A stretch of 63,982 bases of DNA, counting the filler, from Olpidium bornovanus S191 (taxonomy: Eukaryota > Fungi > Olpidiomycota), in assembly GCA_017911155.1 (NCBI GenBank). It is 33 parts of 33 records of this genome, joined end to end, with 100 filler letters (N's around TTAATTAATTAA, not from the genome) between each part and the next. Parts side by side here need not be neighbours in the genome. Positions count along the whole stretch, not along the records: positions 1 to 2,136 come from JAEFCI010005381.1; positions 2,237 to 5,334 come from JAEFCI010005545.1; positions 5,435 to 8,334 come from JAEFCI010001373.1; positions 8,435 to 9,582 come from JAEFCI010011537.1; positions 9,683 to 10,707 come from JAEFCI010000210.1; positions 10,808 to 12,621 come from JAEFCI010006050.1; 27 more parts are not named here. One strand, given 5' to 3'. The notes beneath the pieces are model-generated. The model was not told the origin of the DNA and did no database searches. It saw only the letters and a program-made list of their open reading frames with translations. This document shows, piece by piece, positions 1 through 10,809 of this stretch. Positions within the stretch are counted from its first letter, which is position 1. Every line of letters starts with the position of its first letter. A program made the position numbers and the translations under genes.

Positions 1-639
1 TATTATTCTTCCGGCAGGTCTGTGGGAAGCCGCGACAAGCAACGGAGGGGGAGCGCTCCCTATCATAGGGGGAGGGCAACGCCTTCCTCCGACACAGGCG
101 ATGCGCCGACTACGCTGCATGCGCGTCATGTCTCTTCCCGGTCTCCTGCCGCCTGGGCAAAGAGCTGTCGTTCTTGTTCACGCAACTGTGTGAACACGCG
201 GTCTCGTTCAGCTTCTAGCTCGCGTAAACCGTCGGCGGCCGTCGCATCAATGGCAGCCTGCCGCTAACGCTCCCTTCGAGCGCGTTCCTTGGCTTCTCGC
301 CTAGATGCGGGAGCACGGCGAGCCTCCTCTGGTGTTGTTCCAACTGCTGCTGGAACAGGAGGCGAGTTGCCTCCAGCTTCTTTTGCGCCTCTTACACAAT
401 CTGGTCATCCATCCTAGTCGAAGGAACGTCGGAAACGTCGAAGTCAAGGTTAGATTCCTTACCCTGAGCAACCATTGTTGAGTCCGGGTAGTTTCCCGTC
501 CCATCTGAACCGGGCTCACTAGCGCTTTCAAAGGCAGCTACGTCGTGCAGTATGCCCTCTCGGCATCCTCCCCGGTCACCTGCTGGGCACAGTCTTATTC
601 GTCTGTCACCTGTGGCATCTGCATTGCCGCCATCTGCAT

Positions 640-1830
640 GGTCAATGCCATCTCGGCACTCTGTGCTTCCATCTCGGCGCTCGAACTCTTTCTGGCGGCA
701 CTATCCGCTGCGTCGCGGCGCGCGGCTCGGCGCACCCTCTGGCGGCGCTCTGCGCTGCCGCCGAGGCACTTTCCGCCGCCGGTGTCAGAGGGCAACGTGC
801 CCTCCTGTGGCTGCGCCCCCCCCCCTCCCTGTTTTGCACCCCCCCCCATAAAATGGCTGGACTTGCGCATAATCTGAACCCCTGAGCGACTTGCAACCAC
901 TGTATAACAAAATAAACAAAAAGTACTGCCTGTGTGCATTTTTCCCGGAAGACGGCTCGCGACTGCGACTCCCACGGCGGAGGGTGGCAGCTCCTTGGGT
1001 CCGGTAAGGGGAAGAACACGAGAGGCGGCGCGAGCGAACTTCCTTTGGAGGTTCCTTCGAACACCCTTCCCAAGGTCCCTCCAAATGCTTCTCGGTACAG
1101 ACATAGACGGTGACGGGGGAGGCCAGCTGGCACTGCCAGACGCCTTGCAGCAAGAGCCCCCACTGTCCCTGTTTTCTCCCTTCTTTTACTCGAGGTCGGG
1201 CACTTCTAGGCTGACCCCGGCCCGGCGTGCGGCGCTGTCACAATAGCAGGTGCTGCGGCGCCGTGCAGCCTCGATGCGCCCACGCCCTTGCGCGGTGCGC
1301 GCTGTTCTTGCCATCGCTGTGCGCGCATCCACGCCGCGCACAAAAAGGCCCGAGAAGAAACCCGCATGGGGCTCTGGCCAATGGAAATAGTCGGCACTGA
1401 CTCTGCAGCCAATAAGCGTGCAGAGACGGAACGCCCCGGGCGTAACGAGACGCCCATGCGTAACGAGACGCCCATGCGCAACACGGCGCACGAGAACCAC
1501 GCAAGGGCACATTGAAACACGACGACGCCCGAGCGCCAAGACCCGTAGTCAAGCAAGGCTCGTCTACGGAGTATATAAGCCTGTAAACATCGTAATCAAG
1601 GTTAAAAGGCACAGAACTTTCCCCAAACCTGCGCTCCCGAACATCTCGATCCAGATCTAGCCAGAAATCCCACAAGTCCCTCGAATCTGTTCCTCGATAG
1701 CACTTTTCTGTGCGTAGCAGATAATAGACTTGTTACAGGCGCCATCTCGGCGCCCCTTCTAGCGGCCCTCTGTGCCGCCGCCGCGGCACTTTCCGCCGCC
1801 GCGGCACTTTCCGCCACCGCGGCTCTCCCC
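640..1830. repeat. Two diverged copies of a GC-rich Ala/Glu-coding segment (~640-785 and ~1741-1830), plus an 18-bp tandem duplication at 1441-1476; possibly degenerate TE sequence
   Basis: Shared GCCATCTCGGC...GCGGCACTTTCCGCCGCC core; CGTAACGAGACGCCCATG x2; minus-strand coiled-coil-like reading interrupted by stops. Confidence 0.4.
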
Positions 1831-2136
1831 GCTGACATTGCGGGATGCGGCGCCCTTCTCTGTGCTGTTGCGGCGCTCTGCGCCGTTGTCACGAGGCGTG
1901 GTGCCATCTCGGCGCTTCTTCTTGTTGGTTTTTGTGGGGTTTTTCGCCGCGTTGGACGGTATATTCAGAAGAGAGAGAAAACGCGTAAAATACAGCATAT
2001 AACATTGTGGGGTTGCAACTAACCGCCCGAGATTCAAACGAGAGAAAAGAAATAAGGCTATATAATACATGTTTGGCGACGCATTACGCGTGCACACAAC
2101 GCTCAACACTCCTCCTCAACGTGTGCATTGAGGGAA

Positions 2137-2236
2137 NNNNNNNNNNNNNNNNNNNNNNNNNNNNNNNNNNNNNNNNNNNNTTAATTAATTAANNNNNNNN
2201 NNNNNNNNNNNNNNNNNNNNNNNNNNNNNNNNNNNN
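2137..2236. other. Artificial contig-concatenation linker (first of 32)
   Basis: 44 N + TTAATTAATTAA + 44 N. Repeats at 5335, 8335, 9583, 10708, 12622, 13995, 15968, 18923, 20494, 22266, 25534, 26723, 28504, 29786, 31328, 33023, 34756, 38632, 40254, 41408, 42856, 44426, 45752, 47844, 50871, 52953, 54283, 56832, 57969, 59432, 61149. Confidence 0.99.
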
Positions 2237-3055
2237 CATGCACTTTTAAAGTTGTTATCGCATCTTGCTTGTGGCAACGTTGGGAGAGACTTCAAGAAAT
2301 TTTCAGGTGTTCCATGCGGTAAAATCGTGCGAAGAGTGCTTCTCACAACATTGCGGGCTGTCCCGTGAATATTCCTTGACGTGAGAGAGCCAAGAACACC
2401 TGTTTGCCCAAATAGGCGGTGTGTTGCTAAAGCCATTGTCTGCCCTTCACTGAGTTCCGCGTGCCCCGCGGCAGATTCTATCTTGAAGATGACGAGATTC
2501 GTGAGTGCCGTCGTCCTGAGTGCCGGCGGCTAGCATGGTTCTCGCGAACAGGTCGTTCCCTCTCGTCGTCTTTTTCGGTTGTGACAGTGACCTCAACTTC
2601 AGCGTTCCTCTCCGTTCATTGGGGGACTTGTCCCAGTGCTCCGCTTTGCTCGAAGGGCAATCCCTCAATTGTGGCGCGGGGATTGGCGAGCTGCCGCTGC
2701 AGGGCCTCTCCATGCCGTTTTGAGCAGGTCGTTTTTCGGCCTGGAAACATAACCTGCAGCGTAAACGAGAAATCTGCCGACGGAGGAAGACAAAGGTAGG
2801 CGATGCGAAGGCCAAGACATTTTATCGGGAAGGAAGGTTATCCTCGGAACTAGCTTCCGCTGTGTCCGCCGAGTCTATTTTGCGCCTGGAGCAGATGGAG
2901 AAGGCCTGCCGGGAGAGAGGGCGCGGGGGCGTTCTCCTTTTCCGCGGTTGTGCGGCGCCTCCGTTTTCCGCCACCCTCGCCCCCTCCCCCCTTTCACTCC
3001 GGCACCCCCGCCCTCTCCCCCGCACCCCCTCCCCGTCGCCCTCCACCTGCCGGTG

Positions 3056-3881
3056 ATGGGCTGCCTGCCTTCGAAGCCCAAGCCCTCCGCCGGCTACAGG
3101 CTCGGCTCCGTCGCCGGCAACGGCCGGCCTTTCTCCGAAGCCGCTTCTCAAGCGTCCGCCCCCGCGGGCCGCGCGCCGTCAGGGGCGTCCGCCTGGCAGG
3201 CCCTCCCGGGCGGCGGCGGTCCGCGCGCCGCCGCGTCCTCCTCCCCATCGGTTTCTGCATCTTCCTCGTCAACCGGGCCGGACCGCGCCGCCATGCTCGC
3301 CGCCGCCGAGCGGAGAGCCGTCGACGTTAGTTGGTCATTTTTTTTGTTTAGCGCCGGCGGGAAAAGGGGGGGGGGGTCCCCTAGCTCAAGACCCTGTGTG
3401 GGCTTTTTCGGTTCATGACCCGGAACTCCCGCGAACCCGCTGCGCGGAGATACTGCCGACTCCCTTTGCGGTGGCTGTCGTTTCGCGCGCGGGCGTCTGT
3501 GTGCGGCGTGTGCGTGTGTGTGTGGGCGTGTTGGTAGCAAGCACCTTAGCCCTCTCTCTCTCTTTCTAAAGTCGGCATCTCGTGGCGTACAGCCGGGCGG
3601 CGGGAAGCTGAGCAGGCAGCTGCAAGAGAGGAATTCGGGCAAGCTTCCCGAGCAGACGACCCCCGCCGACAATTTGCAGGTGAGGTGGAGAGAAGAGGCC
3701 GGTTTAACCTGCGCCGCTTTCTGATTATGGAGGGTGGGGAGGGGAGCGGGGGGCCGCGGGGTCCGGTGTGAACGCGGTGTGCGTGTTTCGACTCTTGCTG
3801 ACGCTTGGTTATGACTGCTCCTCTGGCTGAACGCCTCTGGCCAAACCCCTACCTTCCCCTTCGAAGTGGCGGATGGATTGA
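3056..3881 (+). CDS. SVIP-like small VCP/p97-interacting protein, complete, 3 exons (3056-3325, 3572-3679, 3867-3881)
   Basis: Starts MGCLPSK (myristoylation/palmitoylation-type N-terminus), has AAMLAAAERR then SASRGVQPGGGKLSRQL, ends NLQ-WRMD*. Canonical GT-AG phase-0 introns. Confidence 0.75.
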
Positions 3882-4698
3882 CAAACAACTGGCACTCTCT
3901 GTACATTTTCCGAAATGGCGGAGCGCCTTGCTGCTCGAAGTTCCGGCTGCCGTCCCGCTTCTGACGCGAAAGTAAACCCCCCCCCCCCCTTTTCTCCCTC
4001 CCCTCGTTCGTTGCGCTTTGCAACGGGCGCCTCGGCTTTCACGCTTAATCGCCAACCCCCTGGTTTAAAGTCTTATACCCCCACGTCATTTGCCACTTGT
4101 TTTTTTTAGATTCGACATCTCCACGTGCGTCCAAATCGAGCACCCGCCAAAACCAAGAATTTACCTCATTCCGATTTATTTCTTCCCTTCCCCCCCCCCT
4201 CTCCCCTCCTTTTTCCCCTTCTCTCCTCCGTTAGGGCGAAAATTCCCCCCACTTCGTTAACGGGCGCTTTTTCCTAGATTGTATATCCGTATTTTGCCGA
4301 AATCATTATCTCTGTTTGCCCGATGTAAATAGCGGCCCGGTCTAATTTACCACTCGTACCTAGCGGTTTGGCGGTTGTAGCGCCAAACGTTTTTTTGTTG
4401 ATGTTTTCGCAGGGCGGGCAGTACGATTGCCGCTTTTTGATCTGCAAAGGAGCGTCCCCGAGACAGACGCACGCAAACGGGCCTGCTGCGGACGTCGGAA
4501 AGGTGATTCCACCTGTCATTTCCGTCCCGCGGTCGACCGGAAATCTCAGCGGCCGGGCGCCTTCCCTCCGTTGGGAAACGAGTCCAGAAGTCGCCCGGGC
4601 ATTGCGAGGCCGGAGGCAGAAATGAACTGAGGGCGGAAGCGAGAGCGCACGCGACGGGCGCAAAAAGGAGCGTACAATGCGCCGACAGGTGTGTGATG

Positions 4699-4738
<40 letters not shown>

Positions 4739-4961
4739 AGCCGATATGGCGTACTATATCTACATGCGGCGACGGATATACGCGGTGGGGGATGAAGGAA
4801 ACAAAGAAGATTTGGGTGGAGTATTACAAGGTATGATGTGCACCGTAAGGAAAACGCGAGGACGGGAAACCGCGAAAGCAACAAAAAAAAAAGAAAGGAG
4901 GGGAAGGGGGTCACCACAGGGCGGAACCGCGACATGTCCCTGGATAGAAAGGAGTCCCCTC

Positions 4962-5225
4962 TCACTTGTCCGTCGGCAGAAACGCTGACGGGTCCGTCCG
5001 GCCGCCCGGCTCGGAGGAAGAGTTGGGCACAGCACGAGCCCTGCGCCCGCCCTCGAGCATGATGGTCTCCCGGGCGCGGGTGAACTCCCGGTCGTATGTG
5101 TTGGGCAGGTGGTCGACGAGCATTGTGCGCCGGATCGCGAACTCGGTAAATTGCTCCGCGTCCGCCCTCTCCACCACCACCCGGGCGCGGTTCCCTTCCG
5201 TCGGCTGAGAGTACATGTAGAACAC
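4962..5225 (-). CDS. Hypothetical protein, probable terminal exon
   Basis: ORF FYMYSQPTEGNRARVVVERADAEQFTEFAIRRTMLVDHLPNTYDREF with GC3-rich codons; family not recognised. Confidence 0.35.
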   Translation of the reverse strand: MFYMYSQPTEGNRARVVVERADAEQFTEFAIRRTMLVDHLPNTYDREFTRARETIMLEGGRRARAVPNSSSEPGGRTDPSAFLPTDK

Positions 5226-5790
5226 TCGACCAGGAAGCCATAGCTAAACGGTTTCAGAAAAGCCAGCCGTGTTCGCAACGATTCCGTCAGTTCCGTGAGC
5301 ACGAGCGGGGACCGCCGCAGGCGCTGCAAAATACNNNNNNNNNNNNNNNNNNNNNNNNNNNNNNNNNNNNNNNNNNNNTTAATTAATTAANNNNNNNNNN
5401 NNNNNNNNNNNNNNNNNNNNNNNNNNNNNNNNNNCCCCCACCCTGCGCGCGTCGACATTCGTCGATAAAAGCGTCAGCAGCGTCCTGCTACACTTACCTT
5501 CGTCACCTTCGCGCAGCACCCTGCTCTGGTTAACGAACACGTAGTTGCTTTCGCTGGTGCTCCTCTGGACGTTCGGCTTTCCCCTGCTGCTGCACTTGAC
5601 GATGAACTTTATTTCGTCGTTATTTTTCATCTTACGGTTCTCCGTCACGCAAGGATAGTATCCGAGGGGCACTGGTAAATAGTTACTATATGCTATATCT
5701 GGGAGACCCGGAGTAATTTGTATACTATGGTCTGTTTCTCTCTCCCCCGTTTCTCTTTGTCTCCATACCACCGCAGATGACGTACCGCGC

Positions 5791-7243
5791 GTGTATCTTG
5801 AGCCCCGTTCCTACCGCGAGGCAGTCACCTCAGCCGACGCTGCACACTGGAAAGACGCAATGTCGAAGGAGATTGCTTCTCTACAGGACCGTGGTGTTTA
5901 TCGCCTCGTCCTGCCTCCGCCGGATGCCCGACCGATCGACGGGAAATGGGTCTACAATGTAAAACTCCTGCCAGACGGCACAGTTGACAAATTTAAGGCA
6001 AGATACATTGCCTGTGGATTTACGCAACGTGATGGCAACGATTACGACCAGACCTGGTCGCCTGTGGTCTCGTTTACGTCCCTTTGTTTTATTCTTGCCT
6101 ACGCAGTCCAACACGGTTGGTCCATCCGGGCTGCGGATTTCGTCTCAGCATACCTCAATGCTCCGCTCGATAAGCCTGTCTACATGCGCCAATTTGAAGG
6201 ATTTCGGGACCTCGAACGACCGGACGACCTCCTCCTCGTAGTCATGGCCCTTTACGGACTCCATCAATTGGCCCGGTGTTGGAACGACACCCTCGACCAG
6301 GCGCTTCGAAGCATCGGCTTCACCCTTGCAGTTGGTGATCCCTGTGTGTACATTCTACGTGCTCCGCCGCAAGGGGGAGAGAAGAAAAGTGACAAGAGTG
6401 ACGAGAAGAAGAGCGACGAGAAGGTCACACATAGATATTCTGCGGCGGACCACGACAATGACCGAAATCCACACGCGCAGGCCACGTACACTGAGCCGGC
6501 CGCTCATCAATACTTGGCACACGCAAACCCCTCTCCCATTCGCGCTGTTATTTGCACATGGGTGGACGACATTGTAATCACAGGCCCTGATGATTCCTTT
6601 TTTCATTCCCTCATTCAGACCCTGCACGCGAAGTACCCGCTCACCGAGGCCAACGCCCTGACCTACATCCTGGGAGTGCAAGTCATCACAGTCAACAACG
6701 CCGTCTATCTCACCCAGCATCATTTCATCGACAAAGTATTGGAAAAGTTCCACCATGATCAATGCCACCTGGAGGCTTCACCTCTGGACTTGGCAGCGAT
6801 CAGCTCACTCGAGCCACGCAACAACACCGCGTCAGCAGCAGAACGCGCACGATACAGAGAGTGCATTGGTTCACTTCTTTATCTCAGCACACGCACCCGT
6901 CCCGATATTTCCACCGCCATCGCGTTTCCTCGCACGTTTCACATCCAATCCGGCTCCCGCGCATTGGGCCGCCCTGAAGCGAGTCTTGAGGTACCTCAAG
7001 GGTACGCGGAATCACGGTCTGCTATACCCGCATTCGCAACACGACCCGGAGGAGGGCAGAGTGGCAGCATACAGCGACCCCGACTGGGCGTGTGCCATTG
7101 ACACGAAGAGCATAACCGGGTACCTACTCCGTTATGGCTCGGCAACCGTCACTTGGCGTAGCGGAAGGCAGTCCTGCATCGCACACAGCAGTACCGAAGC
7201 AGAACTGATGGCGGCATCGGAAACGTGCCGCGAAATTGCATGG
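5791..7243 (+). mobile_element. Ty1/copia pol fragment (RT + N-terminal RNase H), frameshifted and truncated
   Basis: EPRSYREA, KWVYNVK, KFKARYIACGFTQ, ADFVSAYLNA, ALYGLHQ, WVDD, YRECIGSLLYLSTRTRPDI. +1 frameshift at ~6928. Then YSDPDW, SITGY, SSTEAELMAA; homology stops at CATG 7239-7242. Confidence 0.95.
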
Positions 7244-7419
7244 AGAAGGAGGACGGAAGCGTTCGGAACTCGGCGGAGAGCGCAGGCCAGCGGGTTCGGG
7301 TTGCTTACGGGGGCGCAAAACGAAGGGCGCTGGACGCTCCTCGCCTCTCTTTCTCTTTATTATTTTCTCTGGTTTTTTGGCGCCCCTTTCCTCCGTGGCC
7401 GAGGAGAACGAGCGATAGG

Positions 7420-7453
<34 letters not shown>

Positions 7454-7499
7454 GGGGGCAAAAAAAAAAAAAAAAAAAAAACGGCGGCATCGAAAAAAA

Positions 7500-7562
7500 A
7501 AAAAAAAGGAGAGAGAGAGGAAGGGAGATAGATGGAAAGAGGGACAAAGAGAAGAGAGAGAA

Positions 7563-7602
<40 letters not shown>

Positions 7603-8110
7603 AGTTTGAAAGGTGTTGGAAATCGGTCAGCAGCTAAGCACTTCCGCTTTCCTCCATGCCTTTTAATAGGGCAAAACCGGTCAGACCCAGCGCGGCGCCA
7701 ACTTCTGCCGCTGCTTAAACGAAAAAAAAAAAAAAAAAATCGGGGGCATCGAAAAAAAAAAAAAAGGGGGGGGGGGGGAGGGGGGAGAGGGGGGGGGGGG
7801 GGGAGGGGGGCGGGGGGGGGGGGGGGGGGGGGGGGGGGGCGGAGGAGGGGCGAGGGAGTGGGCGGGAGGCCCCGGATGGAAGCGGGCGCGCGAGGGATGA
7901 CGAACAGGGAAAGAGGAACAAGAGACCGGGGTTGACCCGAAACGTTTAAAATTGCAACATGAAAATGAAAAAAAAAAAAACATTGCGTGCAGCAGGCGCT
8001 CTTTTCCCCTCTCCCCTGCTCTTCTCTACTTCCTGGCCCCCAGGCGAGCAAGAGAGAGAGAGAGAAGAGACGCAGAGAGACAGAAAGAGAGAGAGAGAGA
8101 AAGAGCAAGG
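7500..8110. repeat. Low-complexity block: (GA)n, poly-A and poly-G tracts
   Basis: Seen directly in the sequence. Confidence 0.9.
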
Positions 8111-8227
8111 GACGCGCTTTCGTGTCGTCGTCGTCGTCGTTCGTCGCTCGTCGTCGTCGTCGCTGTCGGTCCGTCGGTCGAGCTAGCCGCTAGTTTCCCC
8201 GAGAGAAGCCGGAGCGAGCCGAAGAAA

Positions 8228-8334
<107 letters not shown>

Positions 8335-8499
8335 NNNNNNNNNNNNNNNNNNNNNNNNNNNNNNNNNNNNNNNNNNNNTTAATTAATTAANNNNNNNNNN
8401 NNNNNNNNNNNNNNNNNNNNNNNNNNNNNNNNNNCATGAGGCAAGGCGTCTAGGTCACCATCTCTTTCTCCCGCAGGGAATATAACTGTCTAAGGCTGG

Positions 8500-8885
8500 T
8501 CATTTTGCAAATTCTCTAATGGGCCGGCACAGGGAGTGCCTTGGTGAACAGATCAGCACATTTGTCCGCAGACGTTACACGCTGCAGATCGATTTCCTTG
8601 CCAATGAGCTCATTAGTGTAGAATTTCGGTGAGATGTGCTTAGTCCTGTCCCTTTAATGAAGTCGGCCTTTATCTGCTCAATGCACGCCGAGTTATCTTC
8701 ATAGAGCACCATAAGTCTGTCGTCGACCGGTAGCCCGCAGGCCTTGTGCACGTGCAGAGCGAGGGAACAAAGCCAAACAGCTCCCTTGGACGCGTCGTGG
8801 AAAGCTAAGATTTCAGCGTAATTCGCCGAGGTAGCTGTCAGTGTTTATTTTGACAATTTACACGAGAATGCCACGTTATTTCATA
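8500..8885 (-). mobile_element. Degenerate Ty1/copia RNase H fragment
   Basis: Minus strand reads TLTATSANYAEILAFHDASKGAVWL...VLYEDNSACIEQIKADFIKG/(frameshift)DRTKHISPKFY...ADLFTKALP, with in-frame stops. Confidence 0.88.
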
Positions 8886-9682
8886 TTAGCGGGCAGGCGC
8901 GCTCCGCTCGGCCTCTTTCAGCCCAAAGCCCTGCCAAAAGGCCCTGACTGCCTCGACGACCTTTGTCGAAGGCGGGGTCACCTTTGTCAGCGGGAAACGC
9001 AACGACGCCCTGACTGCCCCGGCGTCCTTTGCCGACTGCGGGTTCGGTTTTTCCAACGTCACACCCGGCGCACCAGTCCCCTTCGGGATGGGCGCCAACC
9101 CCAGGGGGAGCGGCGTTGTCTTCCCGGTAGCGTCTTCGTTGTCGCCCTTATTCCCTCGTCTAACGATGAGCCCAGAAGGACGTCCCAGTTGATCTGTTTC
9201 TTTAGCAAGACCGGAGCATCCCGCAGCCGCGACAAGCGGCGAGTTGGACGAGAAGGGAGACGGCAGCTGTTCCGGCGGTATGCGACAGTGGTACGGCGCC
9301 GGACGGAAGCGGAAAACGGTTGGTCGACAGCCGAGCGGCCAAGTTGGGAGGCTGGGTCGCGGGCGATAGGCGGCGGGGCGTGGTAGACGGGGAACGCTTC
9401 TTTGAAGCGCGCTTCACCACAGCAGCAAACGTTTCTCTGCGGCTCTCGTTTTGCTATTTGTGACGTCGTCTTCCGCCCCGTTAGCGCACGCCGGACTCTG
9501 GTTGGCGGCTAGCGAGGATCCTCGCGACGCCGGCAGGTTCTTTGAGGGCCCGCCGGAAGCGCGAGGGAATTCTGGACGCATGNNNNNNNNNNNNNNNNNN
9601 NNNNNNNNNNNNNNNNNNNNNNNNNNTTAATTAATTAANNNNNNNNNNNNNNNNNNNNNNNNNNNNNNNNNNNNNNNNNNNN

Positions 9683-9801
9683 CTCGGCCTCGTGAGCGAG
9701 GAGGCCACCGGAGTCATCAAGGAGGGCGAAGAGTCCAAAAGCAAGACGTACCGGTCTCTGGTCTGGGTCGCGTCGCCGATTACACCGGATCTGCTCGGCA
9801 T
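9683..9801 (+). CDS. PUS10: tRNA pseudouridine synthase Pus10, internal fragment
   Basis: LGLVSEEATGVIKEGEESKSKTYRSLVW resembles the Pus10 segment LQLV..EA....KEGEE.KTKTY.ALIW; similarity ends at CATG 9799. Confidence 0.72.
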
Positions 9802-10333
9802 GCCGCGGGAGAACCGAAGCGCGACGCCGCCCTTCCCCCCCCCATCTTCGGCCTCCCTCCGGCGGGAGACGGTCCCGCGCGTAGCGTCTCGCTTGCCGGG
9901 GCAAAACCGTTCGTACGACGGGCCGCCGCGTGGGAGTCGGGAGGGGACCCCGCGATTTCAGTAGGTCCATCCGGGTTGTGTGGACGGTGGGGCGCGGCCG
10001 GCGCTTCGTTCTCTGCCCCCGACTCATTCCTTTAATTCATCTCCGCTCGCTCGTGATACCACCCATTTTGCCCCCCGCCTTGGTTTCCTTCTCGTTTGTG
10101 TTTTTTTTTTCTTTTCTCATCTTCTACCCCTTCCCCCCCCCGCTCCATTCCAAATACTCTTTGTTTTCAATCGCTCTATTTGCACTTCGCTAAATCCTCT
10201 CCGACCGCGGAGCCCGGCCTCTTTTTTTTTTTTTTTTTTTTTTTTCGTGTCGCAAAAAAGGCACAGGTTTCGAGTTTCCACACCCACTCGTTAGACCGTC
10301 CTCGGCAGTTTTCCGTCAAAAGGTTAGACCTCG

Positions 10334-10364
<31 letters not shown>

Positions 10365-10595
10365 CGGGATAATAGCAGAATCTTCCCCCCCCCCCGTTTC
10401 CCGAAACACTCAAAAAAGCTCCGGTTTTGGGGGGGGGACAGGGGAAACCGGGGCCCGGTTGTCACGCCGAAGACCTTTTTTCCCGCTCGGAAAAGAAGAG
10501 CCGTCAGAGAAAAAAAAAGCCCGAGCCCCGCCCGACTTTGGACGTTGCGACGGCGGCGAGGGGCTTGTTTTTTCCCTTTCGTTTTTTTTTTCTTT

Positions 10596-10634
<39 letters not shown>

Positions 10635-10809
10635 TTTTTGGCCCCCTTCCCCCGGAAAAGGGCGCGGGCGCCAAACACGCCCCCGCGGTCCCCCCCGCCC
10701 CCCCCCCNNNNNNNNNNNNNNNNNNNNNNNNNNNNNNNNNNNNNNNNNNNNTTAATTAATTAANNNNNNNNNNNNNNNNNNNNNNNNNNNNNNNNNNNNN
10801 NNNNNNNAG

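Noticed and set aside
2430-2800. Possible exons (HCLPFTEFRVPRGRFYLEDDEI...)
   Set aside because: Plausible splice sites exist, but I could not build a consistent model or recognise a family.
5675-5790. Intron-like pyrimidine tract + CAG before the copia RT (spliced retroelement?)
   Set aside because: The upstream frame required for splicing contains a stop; insufficient support.
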